A program made the position numbers and the translations under genes. From assembly GCF_032444005.1 (NCBI RefSeq), contig NC_091287.1, positions 24,366,001 through 24,427,089 of the forward strand: 61,089 nt of DNA, given 5' to 3'. The DNA is from Ranitomeya imitator (lineage: Eukaryota). Under the pieces are notes generated by a model. It was given only the letters and a program-made list of their open reading frames with translations, was not told the DNA's origin and made no database searches. Positions 1 to 12,139 of this stretch are shown here, piece after piece (positions within the stretch are counted from its first letter, which is position 1; every line of letters begins with the position of its first letter).

Positions 1-2912
1 TACAATGTGATACTGCTATATGGATACAATGTGATACTGCTATATGGATACAGTGTGATACTGCTATATGGATACAGTGTGATACTGCTATATGGATACA
101 GTGTGATACTGCTATATGGATACAATGTGATACTGCTATATGGGTACAATGTGATACTGCTATATGGATACAATGTGATACTGCTATATGGATACAATGT
201 GATACTGCTATATGGATACAGTGTGATACTGCTATATGGATACAATGTGATACTGCTATATGGATACAGTGTGATATTGCTATATGGATACAATGTGATA
301 TTGCTATATGGATACAATGTGATACTGCTATATGGATACAATGTGATACTGCTATATGGATACAGTGTGATACTGCTATATGGATACAGTGTGATACTGC
401 TATATGGATACAGTGTGATACTGCTATATGGATACAGTGTGATACTGCTATATGGATACAATGTGATACTGCTATATGGGTACAATATGATACTGCTATA
501 TGGATACAATGTGATACTGCTATATGGATACAATGTGATACTGCTATATGGATACAGTGTGATACTGCTATATGGATACAGTGTGATACTGCTATATGGA
601 TACAATGTGATACTGCTATATGGATACAATGTGATACTGCTATATGGATACAATGTGATACTGCTATATGGATACAGTGTGATACTGCTATATGGATACA
701 GTGTGATACTGCTATATGGATACAATGTGATACTGCTATATGGATACAATGTGATACTGCTATATGGATACAATGTGATACTGCTATATGGATACAGTGT
801 GATACTGCTATATGGATACAGTGTGATACTGCTATATGGATACAGTGTGATACTGCTATATGGATACAATGTTATACTGCTATATGGGTACAATGTGATA
901 CTGCTATATGGATACAATGTGATACTGCTATATGGATACAATGTGATACTGCTATATGGGTACAATGTGATACTGCTATATGGATACAATGTGATACTGC
1001 TATATGGGTACAATGTGATACTGCTATATGGATACAATGTGATACTGCTATATGGATACAATGTGATACTGCTATATGGATACAATGTGATACTGCTATA
1101 TGGGTACAATGTGATACTGCTATATGGATACAATGTGATACTACTATATGGATACAATGTGATACTGCTATATGGATACAATGTGATACTACTATATGGA
1201 TACAATGTGATACTGCTATATGGATACAATGTGATACTGCTATATGGGTACAATGTGATACTGCTATATGGATACAATGTGATACTACTATATGGATACA
1301 ATGTGATACTGCTATATGGATACAATGTGATACTGCTATATGGATACAATGTGATACTGCTATATGGATACAATGTGATACTGCTATATGGATACAATGT
1401 GATACTGCTATATGGATACAATGTGATACTGCTATATGGATACAATGTGATACTGCTATATGGATACAATGTGATACTGCTATATGGATACAATGTGATA
1501 CTGCTATAAGATACAATGTGATACTGCTATATGGATACAATGTGATACTACTATATGGATACAGTGTGATACTGCTATATGGATACAATGTGATACTGCT
1601 ATATGGATACACTGTGATACTGGTATATGGATACAATGTGATTCTGCTATATGGATACAATGTGATACTGCTATATGGATACAATGTGATACTGCTATAA
1701 GATACACTGTGATACTGCTATATGGATACAATGTGATACTGCTATATGGATACAATGTGATACTACTATATGGATACAATGTGATACTACTATATGGATA
1801 CAATGTGATACTGCTATATGGATACAGTGTGATACTGCTATATGGATACAATGTGATACTGCTATAAGATACAATGTGATACTGCTATATGGATACAATG
1901 TGATACTGCTATATGGATACAATGTGATACTGCTATATGGATACACTGATATTGCTATATGGATACAATGTGATACTGCTATATGGATACACTGTGATAC
2001 TGCTATATGGATACAATGTGATACTGCTATATGGATACAATGTGATACTGCTATATGGATACAATGTGATACTGCTATATGGATACACTGTGATACTGCT
2101 ATATGGATACAATGTGATACTGCTATATGGATACAATGTGATACTGCTATATGGATACAATGTGATACTGCTATATGGATACAATGTGATACTGCTATAT
2201 GGATACAATGTGATACTGCTATAAGATACAATGTGATACTGCTATATGGATACACTGATATTGCTATATGGATACAATGTGATACTGCTATATGGATACA
2301 ATGTGATACTACTATATGGATACAATGTGATACTGCTATATGGATACACTGTGATACTGCTATATGGATACAATGTGATACTGCTATATGGATACAATGT
2401 GATACTGCTATATGGATACAATGTGATACTACTATATGGATACAATGTGATACTGCTATATGGATACAATGTGATACTGCTATATGGATACAATGTGATA
2501 CTGCTATATGGATACAATGTGATACTGCTATAAGATACAATGTGATACTGCTATATGGATACACTGATATTGCTATATGGATACAATGTGATACTGCTAT
2601 ATGGATACAATGTGATACTGCTATATGGATACAATGTGATACTGCTATAAGATACAATGTGATACTGCTATATGGATACACTGATATTGCTATATGGATA
2701 CAATGTGATACTGCTATATGGATACAATGTGATACTGCTATATGGATACAATGTGATACTACTATATGGATACAATGTGATACTGCTATATGGATACAAT
2801 GTGATACTACTATATGGATACAATGTGATACTGCTATATGGATACAATGTGATACTGCTATATGGATACAATGTGATACTGCTATAAGATACAATGTGAT
2901 ACTGCTATATGG
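1..2912. repeat. 24-bp satellite/minisatellite (TACAATGTGATACTGCTATATGGA)n, left part; extends beyond the window start
   Basis: About 120 near-identical tandem units; 23-bp (…CTATAAGA) and 22-bp (TACACTGATATTGC…) length variants occur from ~1500 onward. Confidence 0.98.
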
Positions 2913-3364
2913 TGTAAGACTCATGCTGGTGTGGTAGTTGGAGGCAGATATATCTCGCCCAGGTGTTTGTCCTATGTGAATTAGGCCACTCAGTATCTTC
3001 AGGGTGCTAATGGGTTAATGATTGCAGGAATAAAAGATGACCAGCTGGGTGTTTCCAGTGTCTGCCTGGGGCACACAGATTGCCTGCCTGTGTGAGACAA
3101 ACGTGAGTGAAGAGCTCTGCTCAAGATCTGTATGATGTTAGCTGGGTGGGAGAAGCCCCCCCAGTTGTTGAGATAGCAACGTATTTGTTTAGTTAGTGCC
3201 GGACAGGCTAGGATTTATTTTTATGTTTTGTTCATGTTGCTTTCACGTTAATAAATCTGACCTGAGGTCAGCCTGCTCAGAAACCTGCTGTACGCCTCAG
3301 ATTCAGTGCACAAACCACGTGTCCTTTGACCCCAGCAAAGGCGATCCCAGAGTGTTTTGTCACA
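2913..3364 (+). repeat. 5' LTR (452 bp)
   Basis: About 98% identical to 7704-8158 (about 9 substitutions plus a 3-bp indel by eye); AATAAA at 3250-3255. Confidence 0.96.
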
Positions 3365-3367
3365 TTG

Positions 3368-3386
3368 TGGTGGAGAACGCGGGCAT
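3368..3386 (+). promoter_or_regulatory. Primer-binding site, tRNA-Ala type
   Basis: TGGTGGAGAACGCGGGCAT lies 3 nt after the 5' LTR and is complementary, with 1 mismatch, to the vertebrate tRNA-Ala 3' end (…GCCCGCAUUCUCCACCA, recalled). Confidence 0.8.
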
Positions 3387-3406
3387 ACCGTGGCACAGGC
3401 GACAGC

Positions 3407-6400
3407 ATGGAAGACGTGGTGAAAGCCTTAGTACAGTCCACTGCCGTACAGCAGCAGGCCACTGCCGCACCACACGAAGCTAATCGCTTGATGGCCGCAC
3501 AGCTGAAGGAGTTACTGGACATGACGGTTGCAGACCGCCAACTTCTCCAACAGGTGGCGCAGCGCCTGGTGAGCATGCCTGACGCTGACCCGGAAGCAGA
3601 GTCCAGAAGGATCCATGTGAGTCGATACTGGCAAAAGCTGACTGCAGAAGATGACGTCGAGGCATATCTGACAACTTTTGAGCGGACGGCATTGAGAGAG
3701 AAGTGGCCGAAGGCACGATGGGCCGATTTGATTGCCCCGTTTCTCTCCGGCGAGGCCCAAAAAGCTTACCATGATTTGGACCCGGAGGTCGCTCAGGACT
3801 TTGAGAAGCTGAAAGCTGAGATCCTGGCCCGGCTGGGTGTGACGACGGCTGTCCGTGCACAGAGGGTACATCAGTGGACATACCAGCAAGATAAACCAGC
3901 GCGGTCTCAGATGTTCGACCTGATCTACTTGACAAAGAAATGGCTGCAACCCGAGGTACTGACAATACCCGAAATAATCCAGCGGGTTGTCCTGGACAAG
4001 TACCTGAGAGTACTACCCCCAGCGCTGAAAAGGTGGGTAAGCCAAGGAAATCCCACGACAGCGGATCAACTTGTGGAGTTGGTCGAGCGTTATTCCGTGG
4101 CAGAAGGACTTCCCGACGACACCGCCAACCCCCGGTCTGTGCCTCCTCCTCGTGGAACCGGTAAGACTGTTCCAGGGACCACGGGTGAAGGAAAATCGCT
4201 TAAAACTGTGGGGGAGGAGTCCGGGACTGCTCACACTCCGAGACCAAGAGTATTGGACGGTGGTCTCAGTAGGGGACCTGTTAGGTGTTTCCGCTGCCAT
4301 GAGAAGGGTCATGTTTCTGCGAACTGTCCTGTTACCGCTGAACCCATGCAGTGCGACGTTATAGACTCTAGAAAACGCATGTCTTTGGTTACACAGCTAG
4401 TGAGTGTGAATGCGGGTCAAAATGATACAGTGAAACACCTGTGTGAATTATCTGTTGATGGGAAAAATGTTGTGGCATTACTAGACTCTGGAAGTGTGGT
4501 GACTCTGGTGAAAGCTAGTCTGGTGGCACTTCCGTCTGGTCCGTCTGACAAGTTTTCTGTGACGTGTGTGCATGGTGACACCCGCTCGTACTTAACAGCG
4601 GTCATATGGATTTCTACTCCCTATGGGTCAGTGCAGCACAAAGTGGGACTCGTTCCCGCATTGTTACATGATGTAATCCTGGGCAGGGATTTTCCCTATT
4701 TCTGGCAGTTGTGGGAGAATCAGTTACTCCTTCACGGTAGCTGTACCCGTGAATCTTCTCCCATGCCATCTGGAGGTCCCGAGTCCCTAGAGGAGACCCC
4801 ACAGGAAGATGTTGCTGGGGAGGTTAGTGAATCTAACCTTCAGTACCCCTTCTCCGTCATGGCGGGGGAAACAGAGGAAACTGAGGAACCTCAGCGAGAG
4901 GCGGAGGCAGACAGCCATCCGGCACCCTGCCTGCCAGATTTGGGAGTCCAGGTGGATGACTTCCACAGCGAGCAAATGAAAGATCCTACCCTGACTCCGG
5001 CTAGGAAAAATGTAAAAATGATAGATGGGGTACCCGTAGAACCTGACACTAGGCTAGCGTACCCGTATATGGTTCTTGAAAATGATTTGCTCTACCAGGT
5101 AGAAAAAAAAGGGGAAGACACAGTGCAACGGTTAGTGGTACCCAAACCTTATCGGCGGAAGGTACTGGATTTGGCCCACGGACATATAATGGGGGGACAT
5201 CTGGGGGTACAGAAAACCACAGAAAGGATATTGCATTGTTTTGTGTGGCCTGGAATACATTGTGATGTGCGTAACTATTGTGAGTCCTGTCCAGAGTGCC
5301 AAATCGCGGCCCCTAAATCTCAGTTCCGTAGCCCTTTGGTACCCCTTCCTATCATCGGGGTCCCTTTTGAGAGAATTGGGATGGATTTGGTTGGGCCCCT
5401 TCCCCGATCCGCACGTGGGCACCAACATATCCTCGTCATCGTGGACTATGCCACTCGTTACCCGGAAGCCGTCCCTTTGCATAGCACAGCTACCAAGACG
5501 ATCGCCAAGGAATTGGTACAAGTGTTTAGTCGGGTGGGAATTCCAAAACAGATACTCACCGACCAGGGGACTCCCTTTATGTCGAGGGTAATGAAGGAGC
5601 TCTGCAGGCTCTTACAAATAGACCCGTTGCGTACGTCTGTCTATCACCCTCAAACAGATGGCCTGGTTGAGCGCTTCAACAAAACCTTAAAACAGATGCT
5701 CCGGAAGGCGATAGACAAAGATGGGAAGAACTGGGATTACTTGTTACCCTATTTGCTGTTTGCCATTAGGGAAGTTCCCCAGTCTTCCACAGGATTTTCG
5801 CCTTTCGAACTGTTGTACGCCCGTCGTCCCCGGGGACTGCTGGACGTCGCAAAAGAAACCTGGGAAGGTCAAGTCACTCCCTTTAAAACGGTGATCGACC
5901 ATGTAACACAAATGCAGGATCGTATTGCCGCTGTCATGCCCATTGTTAGGGACCATATGTTACAGGCCCAGGGAGCCCAGAGGCAAAGTTATGATAGAGG
6001 CGCTAAGGTCCGTACATTTGCACCCGGCGATAGGGTGTTGGTCCTAATCCCTACGGTGGATAGTAAATTCCTGGCGAAATGGCAGGGCCCATTTGAGGTC
6101 CGAGAAAGAGTTGGTGAAGTGAACTATAAAGTGTACCAGCCGGGTAAGAGAAAACCGGAACAGATTTATCATGTGAATCTGATAAAATCCTGGAAAGACC
6201 GCTCTGCCCTAACGGCGGATCTGCCCCGTCCGGTTTGTTCACCTACTGTACCAGAGGTGCAGGTTGCTGAGACTCTCTCAGAACGACAAAAATCTGAGGT
6301 TAAGCAATTTTTGTTACAGAACCGACAGTTTTTCTCCGAAAAACCTGGCCGGACTAAGTTGGTGAAACATGAGATTGTCACAGAGCCTGGCGTCACTGTT

Positions 6401-7708
6401 CATGTGAAGCCCTACCGGATTCCGGAAGCCCGCCGTGAAGCCGTCTCCCGGGAAGTGATGGCAATGTTGGACTTAGGAGTCATTGAAGAGTCGCACAGCG
6501 CCTGGTCCAGTCCAATTGTGTTGATACCTAAACCGGATAGCTCCATCCGGTTTTGTAATGACTTTAGGAAACTGAATGCAGTTTCTAAATTTGATGCGTA
6601 CCCTATGCCCCGGGTCGATGAGTTGATCGACCGGCTTGGTAAAGCCCGATACATTACGACCCTGGATTTAACAAAGGGGTACTGGCAGATTCCTCTGGCC
6701 GAGGCGGCCAGAGAGAAGACGGCATTTGCTACACCGGAAGGTCTGTTCCAGTATGTCTATATGCCGTTTGGACTTCACGGAGCTCCCGCAACGTTCCAGA
6801 GATTGATGGATCGAGTCTTGAGGCCTCACAGACAGTACGCTTCTGCCTACCTGGATGACATCGTAATTTACAGCATGGACTGGGAAACTCATCTCCAGAA
6901 GGTACAAGCCGTGATTGATGACCTGCGAGATGCAGGTTTAACGGCAAACCCCAAGAAATGCCACATCGGGCTTGAAGAAGCCCGATACTTGGGCTACGTG
7001 ATTGGCCGAGGAGTGGTTAAACCCCAGATCGACAAAATACAGGCAATTCAGGGCTGGCCACAACCAGTGAACAAGAAACAAGTGCAGGCTTTCCTGGGGA
7101 TTGCCGGCTATTATCGCCGGTTCATACCCAATTTTGCAGCCATGGCTACTCCCTTGACGGATCTTACCAAGGGGAAGGGTTCCGTCATGGTAAAATGGAC
7201 CTCAGCTGCTGAAGAGGCCTTCCACAGCCTGAAACGGGCTTTGTGCTCTCAGCCCGTACTAGTGACTCCTGATTTCAGCAGCGAGTTTGTGGTACAAACT
7301 GATGCCTCTGATACTGGTGTCGGAGCTGTACTTTCCCAGGTGAGGGACGGAGTCGAACACCCGGTCCTCTATCTCAGTCGGAAACTGAATGTACATGAGC
7401 AGAGGTATGCCGTGGTTGAAAAAGAGTGCCTAGCCATTAAATGGGCTCTCGACTCCCTCAAGTATTACCTGGCTGGTAGGAAGTTTAGGCTGGTCACAGA
7501 CCATGCCCCTCTCAAGTGGATGCACCTCCACAAGGACCGTAATAGTCGGGTAACCAGGTGGTTCCTTGCCCTGCAGGCTTACTCTTTTACGGTGGAGCAC
7601 CGACCTGGGGTGCAGATGGGGAACGCCGATGCCCTATCCCGAGTGCACTGTTTCAAAAGTGTTCTTGCTCGACCGGAGTGGTCTGAGCAAGGGGGGGGGG
7701 ATATGTAA
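3407..7708 (+). CDS. Gag-Pol polyprotein, 1433 aa from the first ATG (SCAN-like Gag, CCHC knuckle, aspartic protease, integrase, RT, RNase H)
   Basis: SCAN-like segment ~3870-4095 (…KKWLQPE…VVLDKYLRVLP…WV…QLVELVERY); CFRCHEKGHVSANC 4286-4327; LLDSG ~4478-4492; integrase H-H-C-C plus MDLVGP/TDQGTPF/GLVERFN and GPF motifs; RT LDLTKGYWQI and YLDD (6848-6859); RNase H TDASDTGVGAVL…DHAPL…NADALSR. The track start at 3326 is a non-ATG codon inside the LTR. Confidence 0.95.
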   Translation: MEDVVKALVQSTAVQQQATAAPHEANRLMAAQLKELLDMTVADRQLLQQVAQRLVSMPDADPEAESRRIHVSRYWQKLTAEDDVEAYLTTFERTALREKWPKARWADLIAPFLSGEAQKAYHDLDPEVAQDFEKLKAEILARLGVTTAVRAQRVHQWTYQQDKPARSQMFDLIYLTKKWLQPEVLTIPEIIQRVVLDKYLRVLPPALKRWVSQGNPTTADQLVELVERYSVAEGLPDDTANPRSVPPPRGTGKTVPGTTGEGKSLKTVGEESGTAHTPRPRVLDGGLSRGPVRCFRCHEKGHVSANCPVTAEPMQCDVIDSRKRMSLVTQLVSVNAGQNDTVKHLCELSVDGKNVVALLDSGSVVTLVKASLVALPSGPSDKFSVTCVHGDTRSYLTAVIWISTPYGSVQHKVGLVPALLHDVILGRDFPYFWQLWENQLLLHGSCTRESSPMPSGGPESLEETPQEDVAGEVSESNLQYPFSVMAGETEETEEPQREAEADSHPAPCLPDLGVQVDDFHSEQMKDPTLTPARKNVKMIDGVPVEPDTRLAYPYMVLENDLLYQVEKKGEDTVQRLVVPKPYRRKVLDLAHGHIMGGHLGVQKTTERILHCFVWPGIHCDVRNYCESCPECQIAAPKSQFRSPLVPLPIIGVPFERIGMDLVGPLPRSARGHQHILVIVDYATRYPEAVPLHSTATKTIAKELVQVFSRVGIPKQILTDQGTPFMSRVMKELCRLLQIDPLRTSVYHPQTDGLVERFNKTLKQMLRKAIDKDGKNWDYLLPYLLFAIREVPQSSTGFSPFELLYARRPRGLLDVAKETWEGQVTPFKTVIDHVTQMQDRIAAVMPIVRDHMLQAQGAQRQSYDRGAKVRTFAPGDRVLVLIPTVDSKFLAKWQGPFEVRERVGEVNYKVYQPGKRKPEQIYHVNLIKSWKDRSALTADLPRPVCSPTVPEVQVAETLSERQKSEVKQFLLQNRQFFSEKPGRTKLVKHEIVTEPGVTVHVKPYRIPEARREAVSREVMAMLDLGVIEESHSAWSSPIVLIPKPDSSIRFCNDFRKLNAVSKFDAYPMPRVDELIDRLGKARYITTLDLTKGYWQIPLAEAAREKTAFATPEGLFQYVYMPFGLHGAPATFQRLMDRVLRPHRQYASAYLDDIVIYSMDWETHLQKVQAVIDDLRDAGLTANPKKCHIGLEEARYLGYVIGRGVVKPQIDKIQAIQGWPQPVNKKQVQAFLGIAGYYRRFIPNFAAMATPLTDLTKGKGSVMVKWTSAAEEAFHSLKRALCSQPVLVTPDFSSEFVVQTDASDTGVGAVLSQVRDGVEHPVLYLSRKLNVHEQRYAVVEKECLAIKWALDSLKYYLAGRKFRLVTDHAPLKWMHLHKDRNSRVTRWFLALQAYSFTVEHRPGVQMGNADALSRVHCFKSVLARPEWSEQGGGDM
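7689..7700 (+). promoter_or_regulatory. Polypurine tract
   Basis: AAGGGGGGGGGG ends 3 nt before the 3' LTR. Confidence 0.9.
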
Positions 7709-8158
7709 GACTCATGCTGGTGTGGTAGATGGAGGCAGGTATATCTCGCCCAGGTGTTTGTCCTATGTGAATTAGGCCACTCAGTATCTTCAGGGTGCTA
7801 ATGGGTTAATGATTGCAGGAATAAAAGATGACCAGCTGGGGGTTTTCAGCGTCTGCCTGGGGCACACAGATTGCCTGCCTGTGTGGGACAAACGTGAGTG
7901 AAGAGCTCTGCTCAAGATCTGTATGATGTTAGCTGGGTGGGAGAAGCCCCCCCAGTTGTTGAGATAGCAACGTATTTGTTTAGTTAGTGCCGGACAGGCT
8001 AGGATTTATTTTTATGTTTTGTTTTTTATGTTGCTTTCACATTAATAAATCTGACCTGAGGTCAGCCTGCTCAGAAACCTGCTGTACGCCTCAGATTCAA
8101 TGCACAAACCACGTGTCCTTTGACCCCAGCAAAGGCGATCCCAGAGTGTTTTGTCACA
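7704..8158 (+). repeat. 3' LTR (455 bp)
   Basis: Direct repeat of 2913-3364; AATAAA at 8044-8049. Confidence 0.96.
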
Positions 8159-10666
8159 ATGGATACACTGATATTGCTATATGGATACAATGTGATACTG
8201 CTATATGGATACACTGTGATACTGCTATATGGATACAATGTGATACTGCTATATGGATACAATGTGATACTGCTATATGGATACAGTGTGATACTGCTAT
8301 ATGGATACAATGTGATACTGCTATATGGATACAATGTGATACTGCTATATGGATACAATGTGATACTGCTATATGGATACAATGTGATACTGCTATATGG
8401 ATACAATGTGATACTGCTATATGGATACAATGTGATACTGCTATATGGATACAATGTGATACTGCTATATGGATACAATGTGATACTGCTATATGGATAC
8501 AATGTGATACTGCTATATGGATACAATGTGATACTACTATATGGATACAATGTGATACTGCTATATGGATACAATGTGATACTGCTATATGGATACAATG
8601 TGATACTGCTATATGGATACAATGTGATACTGCTATATGGATACAATGTGATACTGCTATATGGATACAATGTGATACTGCTATATGGATACAATGTTAT
8701 ACTGCTATATGGATACAATGTGATACTGCTATAAGATACAATGTGATACTACTATATGGATACAATGTGATACTGCTATATGGATACAATGTGATACTGC
8801 TATATGGATACACTGTGATACTGCTATATGGATACAATGTGATACTGCTATATGGATACAATGTGATACTGCTATATGGATACAATGTGATACTGCTATA
8901 AGATACAATGTGATACTGCTATATGGATACAATGTGATACTGCTATATGGATACAATGTGATACTGCTATATGGATACACTGTGATACTGCTATATGGAT
9001 ACAATGTGATACTGCTATATGGATACAATGTGATACTGCTATATGGATACAATGTGATACTGCTATAAGATACAATGTGATACTGCTATATGGATACACT
9101 GATATTTCTATATGGATACAATGTGATACTGCTATATGGATACACTGTGATACTGCTATATGGATACAATGTGATACTGCTATATGGATACAATGTGATA
9201 CTGCTATATGGATACAATGTGATACTCCTATATGGATACAATGTGATACTGCTATATGGATACACTGTGATACTGCTATATGGATACAGTGTGATACTGC
9301 TATATGGATACAGTGTGATACTGCTATATGGATACAATGTGATACTGCTATATGGATACAATGTGATACTCCTATATGGATACAATGTGATACTGCTATA
9401 TGGATACACTGTGATACTGCTATATGGATACAGTGTGATACTGCTATATGGATACACTGTGATACTGCTATATGGATACACTGTGATACTGCTATATGGA
9501 TACAATGTGATACTGCTATATGGATACAATGTGATACTGCTATATGGATACAATGTGATACTGCTATATGGATACAATGTGATACTGCTATATGGATACA
9601 ATGTGATACTGCTATATGGATACAATGTGATACTGCTATATGGATACACTGTGATACTGCTATATGGATACAATGTGATACTGCTATATGGATACAGTGT
9701 GATACTGCTATATAGATACAATGTGATACTGCTATATGGATACAATGTGATACTGCTATATGGATACACTGTGATACTGCTATATGGATACAATGTGATA
9801 CTGCTATATGGATGCACTGTGATACTGCTATATGGATACACTGTGATATTGCTATATGGATACAATGTGATACTGCTATATGGATACACTGTGATACTGC
9901 TATATGGATACAATGTGATACTGCTATATGGATACACTGTGATATTGCTATATGGATACAATGTTATACTGCTATATGGATACACTGTGATACTGCTATA
10001 TGGATACAATGTGATACTGCTATATGGATACAATGTGATACTGCTATATGGATACAATGTGATACTGCTATATGGATACACTGTGATACTGCTATATGGA
10101 TACAATGTGATACTGCTATATGGATACAATGTGATACTGCTATATGGATACAATGTGATACTGCTATATGGATACAATGTGATACTGCTATATGGATACA
10201 CTGTGATACTGCTATATGGATACAATGTGATACTGCTATATGGATACACTGTGATACTGCTATATGGATACAATGTGATACTGCTATATGGATACACTGT
10301 GATACTGCTATATGGATACACTGTGATACTGCTATATGGATACAATGTGATACTGCTTTATGGATACAATGTGATACTGCTATATGGATACAATGTGATA
10401 CTGCTATATGGATACAATGTGATACTGCTATATGGATACACTGTGATACTGCTTTATGGATACAATGTGATACTGCTATATGGATACACTGTGATACTGC
10501 TATATGGATACACTGTGATATTGCTATATGGATACAATGTGATACTGCTATATGGATACACTGTGATACTGCTTTATGGATACAATGTGATACTGCTATA
10601 TGGATACACTGTGATACTGCTATATGTAGACAATGTGATACTGTTGTATGGATACAATGGCATACT
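8159..10666. repeat. 24-bp satellite, right part
   Basis: Same unit resumes in register at the TSD, about 104 units; the CACTGTG variant is enriched toward the right end; the array decays at ~10625-10666. Confidence 0.98.
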
Positions 10667-10669
10667 GAG

Positions 10670-11150
10670 AGCTCTACGATGTGGAATGGGCCAGAGGCCA
10701 GGGTACGAGGTACAGGAGGGCGAGACAGAGGTTTAGTCAGACAGTCAGGGCAGGTAGCACGGGTTCACAATCCACAGCCGGAGTCAAGGATGGAGAAGTC
10801 AAAGTGAGTGGGTAAGCAGGCCAGGTTGATAATGGGAGACAGAATACAGAGATATACATAAACATGTGCTAGCAGGCTAGGAACCAATGTTCAGGCAAGA
10901 AGAGGTGGGAGGAACTGTCTAATATAGACACAGTAGACACAGGATAAGCCAGTGAACATAATCTGTGTAGGACACAGCAGGGTTAAATTCCTGCTTCCTA
11001 AAGCCAAATGGAAGCCACATGCAGATGCAGTGGTGCTGAGGAGTGCTGAAGAGGCAAGCTCAGCAGGACTGCCTGACACGAGGAGACGTCACGTGGTGAC
11101 CACGGTGAGTAGGACGGTGCTGAGGTGTTATGCGAGTTACCGCCGTGACA
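10670..11150 (-). mobile_element. Probable LTR fragment or solo-LTR relic
   Basis: Ends in CCGTGACA (TGTCACGG on the minus strand), like the other solo LTRs here; the other terminus and a TSD were not found. Confidence 0.35.
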
Positions 11151-11799
11151 CAGACTAACTGAGGTGGACGGGGGTGCACATAGATTTTGCACAGGTATTC
11201 ACTATCACTACTTCTTATACTCTTTGTTTTCTGTTTTAGTATTGCGGTAGTTTGTTACTGATGATGGTTTGTTCCGGCACCAGCAGTGGATGGGGCTTCT
11301 TCTCTCATAGAGGGAGCATCAATCACCCCGACCTTATCATGTGTTATTTGTAATTATGCGTCTGTGTTCCTGTCGATCCCGAGGTTTATATTTCAGAGAT
11401 GAGAATATAGAAGTAATGTATCTCACTGACACAAATCACATTCCACCAGCGAGGACGGACAGAGCCACTTACAGGACTATCATTCCGTTACATCACGCAG
11501 GCGTCGGTGTGACTGAATTTATATTTATGTTGGACGCGGTCATTGTATAATTGGGAGAATTGCCAGAGAAGATATCGTGTGATAAATCTGGGAACAATCT
11601 GTGTCCTGTGTATTGTGAGAGGTAAATATGTCAGAGATCCGGGAGATACATAAGGCATTAAAGGGGTATTCCAATCATACGCCATCACTTTACGATCAGC
11701 GGGGGTCCGACCTCTGTGAGCCTCATGGATCCTAAGATTGAAAGAAGCTGTATCACTGCTTTAGCTTTATGGCTCTTTTGTAGTTTATTCCTGCCACCT

Positions 11800-12100
11800 T
11801 GCCAGCTTGTATTGTTAAAACATTTTTTGGAAATGTTTTTTTTTATATCATGATCTTTATTTAAACAAAAAAAGTAATCTTCCAATTCTCCCACTGACCA
11901 CTGAGGATTTTTTTCAGATTCGCACTTCTTGACATCTAAGGAAGAGTTTTCAGCAGGCTCGTTATCATCAGAGGCTGTATTACAATGACATCTGATAACA
12001 TGATCCAGCAATAACAATAGATGATGTCTCAATAGATGACCCTGCGCCTCCTCCCTTCACAATGACCTTTGCACTCGCACATTAGATGCTTCAGTACAAA
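11800..12100. mobile_element. Remnant of the non-autonomous DNA element family seen at 45880-48471
   Basis: Shares TTTTCAGCAG…TTATCATCAGAGGC…TA(C/T)AATGACA and TTCACAATGACCTTTGCAC…CATTAGAT with 46085-46130 and 47380-47412. Confidence 0.55.
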
Positions 12101-12139
12101 AGATAGGATCAGGGGTTTATATTGATGTGTCTTGTTTTC

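Larger units (their letters stand above)
2913..8158 (+). mobile_element. Full-length Gmr1-like Ty3/Gypsy LTR retrotransposon
   Basis: Two LTRs with TG…CA ends (TGTAAG…GTCACA), a 4-bp TSD ATGG (2909-2912 and 8159-8162), PBS, PPT and one intact gag-pol ORF with PR-IN-RT-RH domain order. Confidence 0.97.

Noticed and set aside
3196-8901. Short overlapping or antisense ORFs in the retrotransposon and LTR-initiated ORFs (3196, 7987, 8120)
   Set aside because: They are shadows of gag-pol, or LTR sequence running into the satellite; no recognisable motifs.
7-10807. Long ORFs such as (ILLYGYNV)n, (YPYSSITL)n and (IWIQCDTA)n
   Set aside because: They are translations of the 24-bp satellite, whose unit is a multiple of 3 and lacks stops in several frames; there is no evidence of coding.
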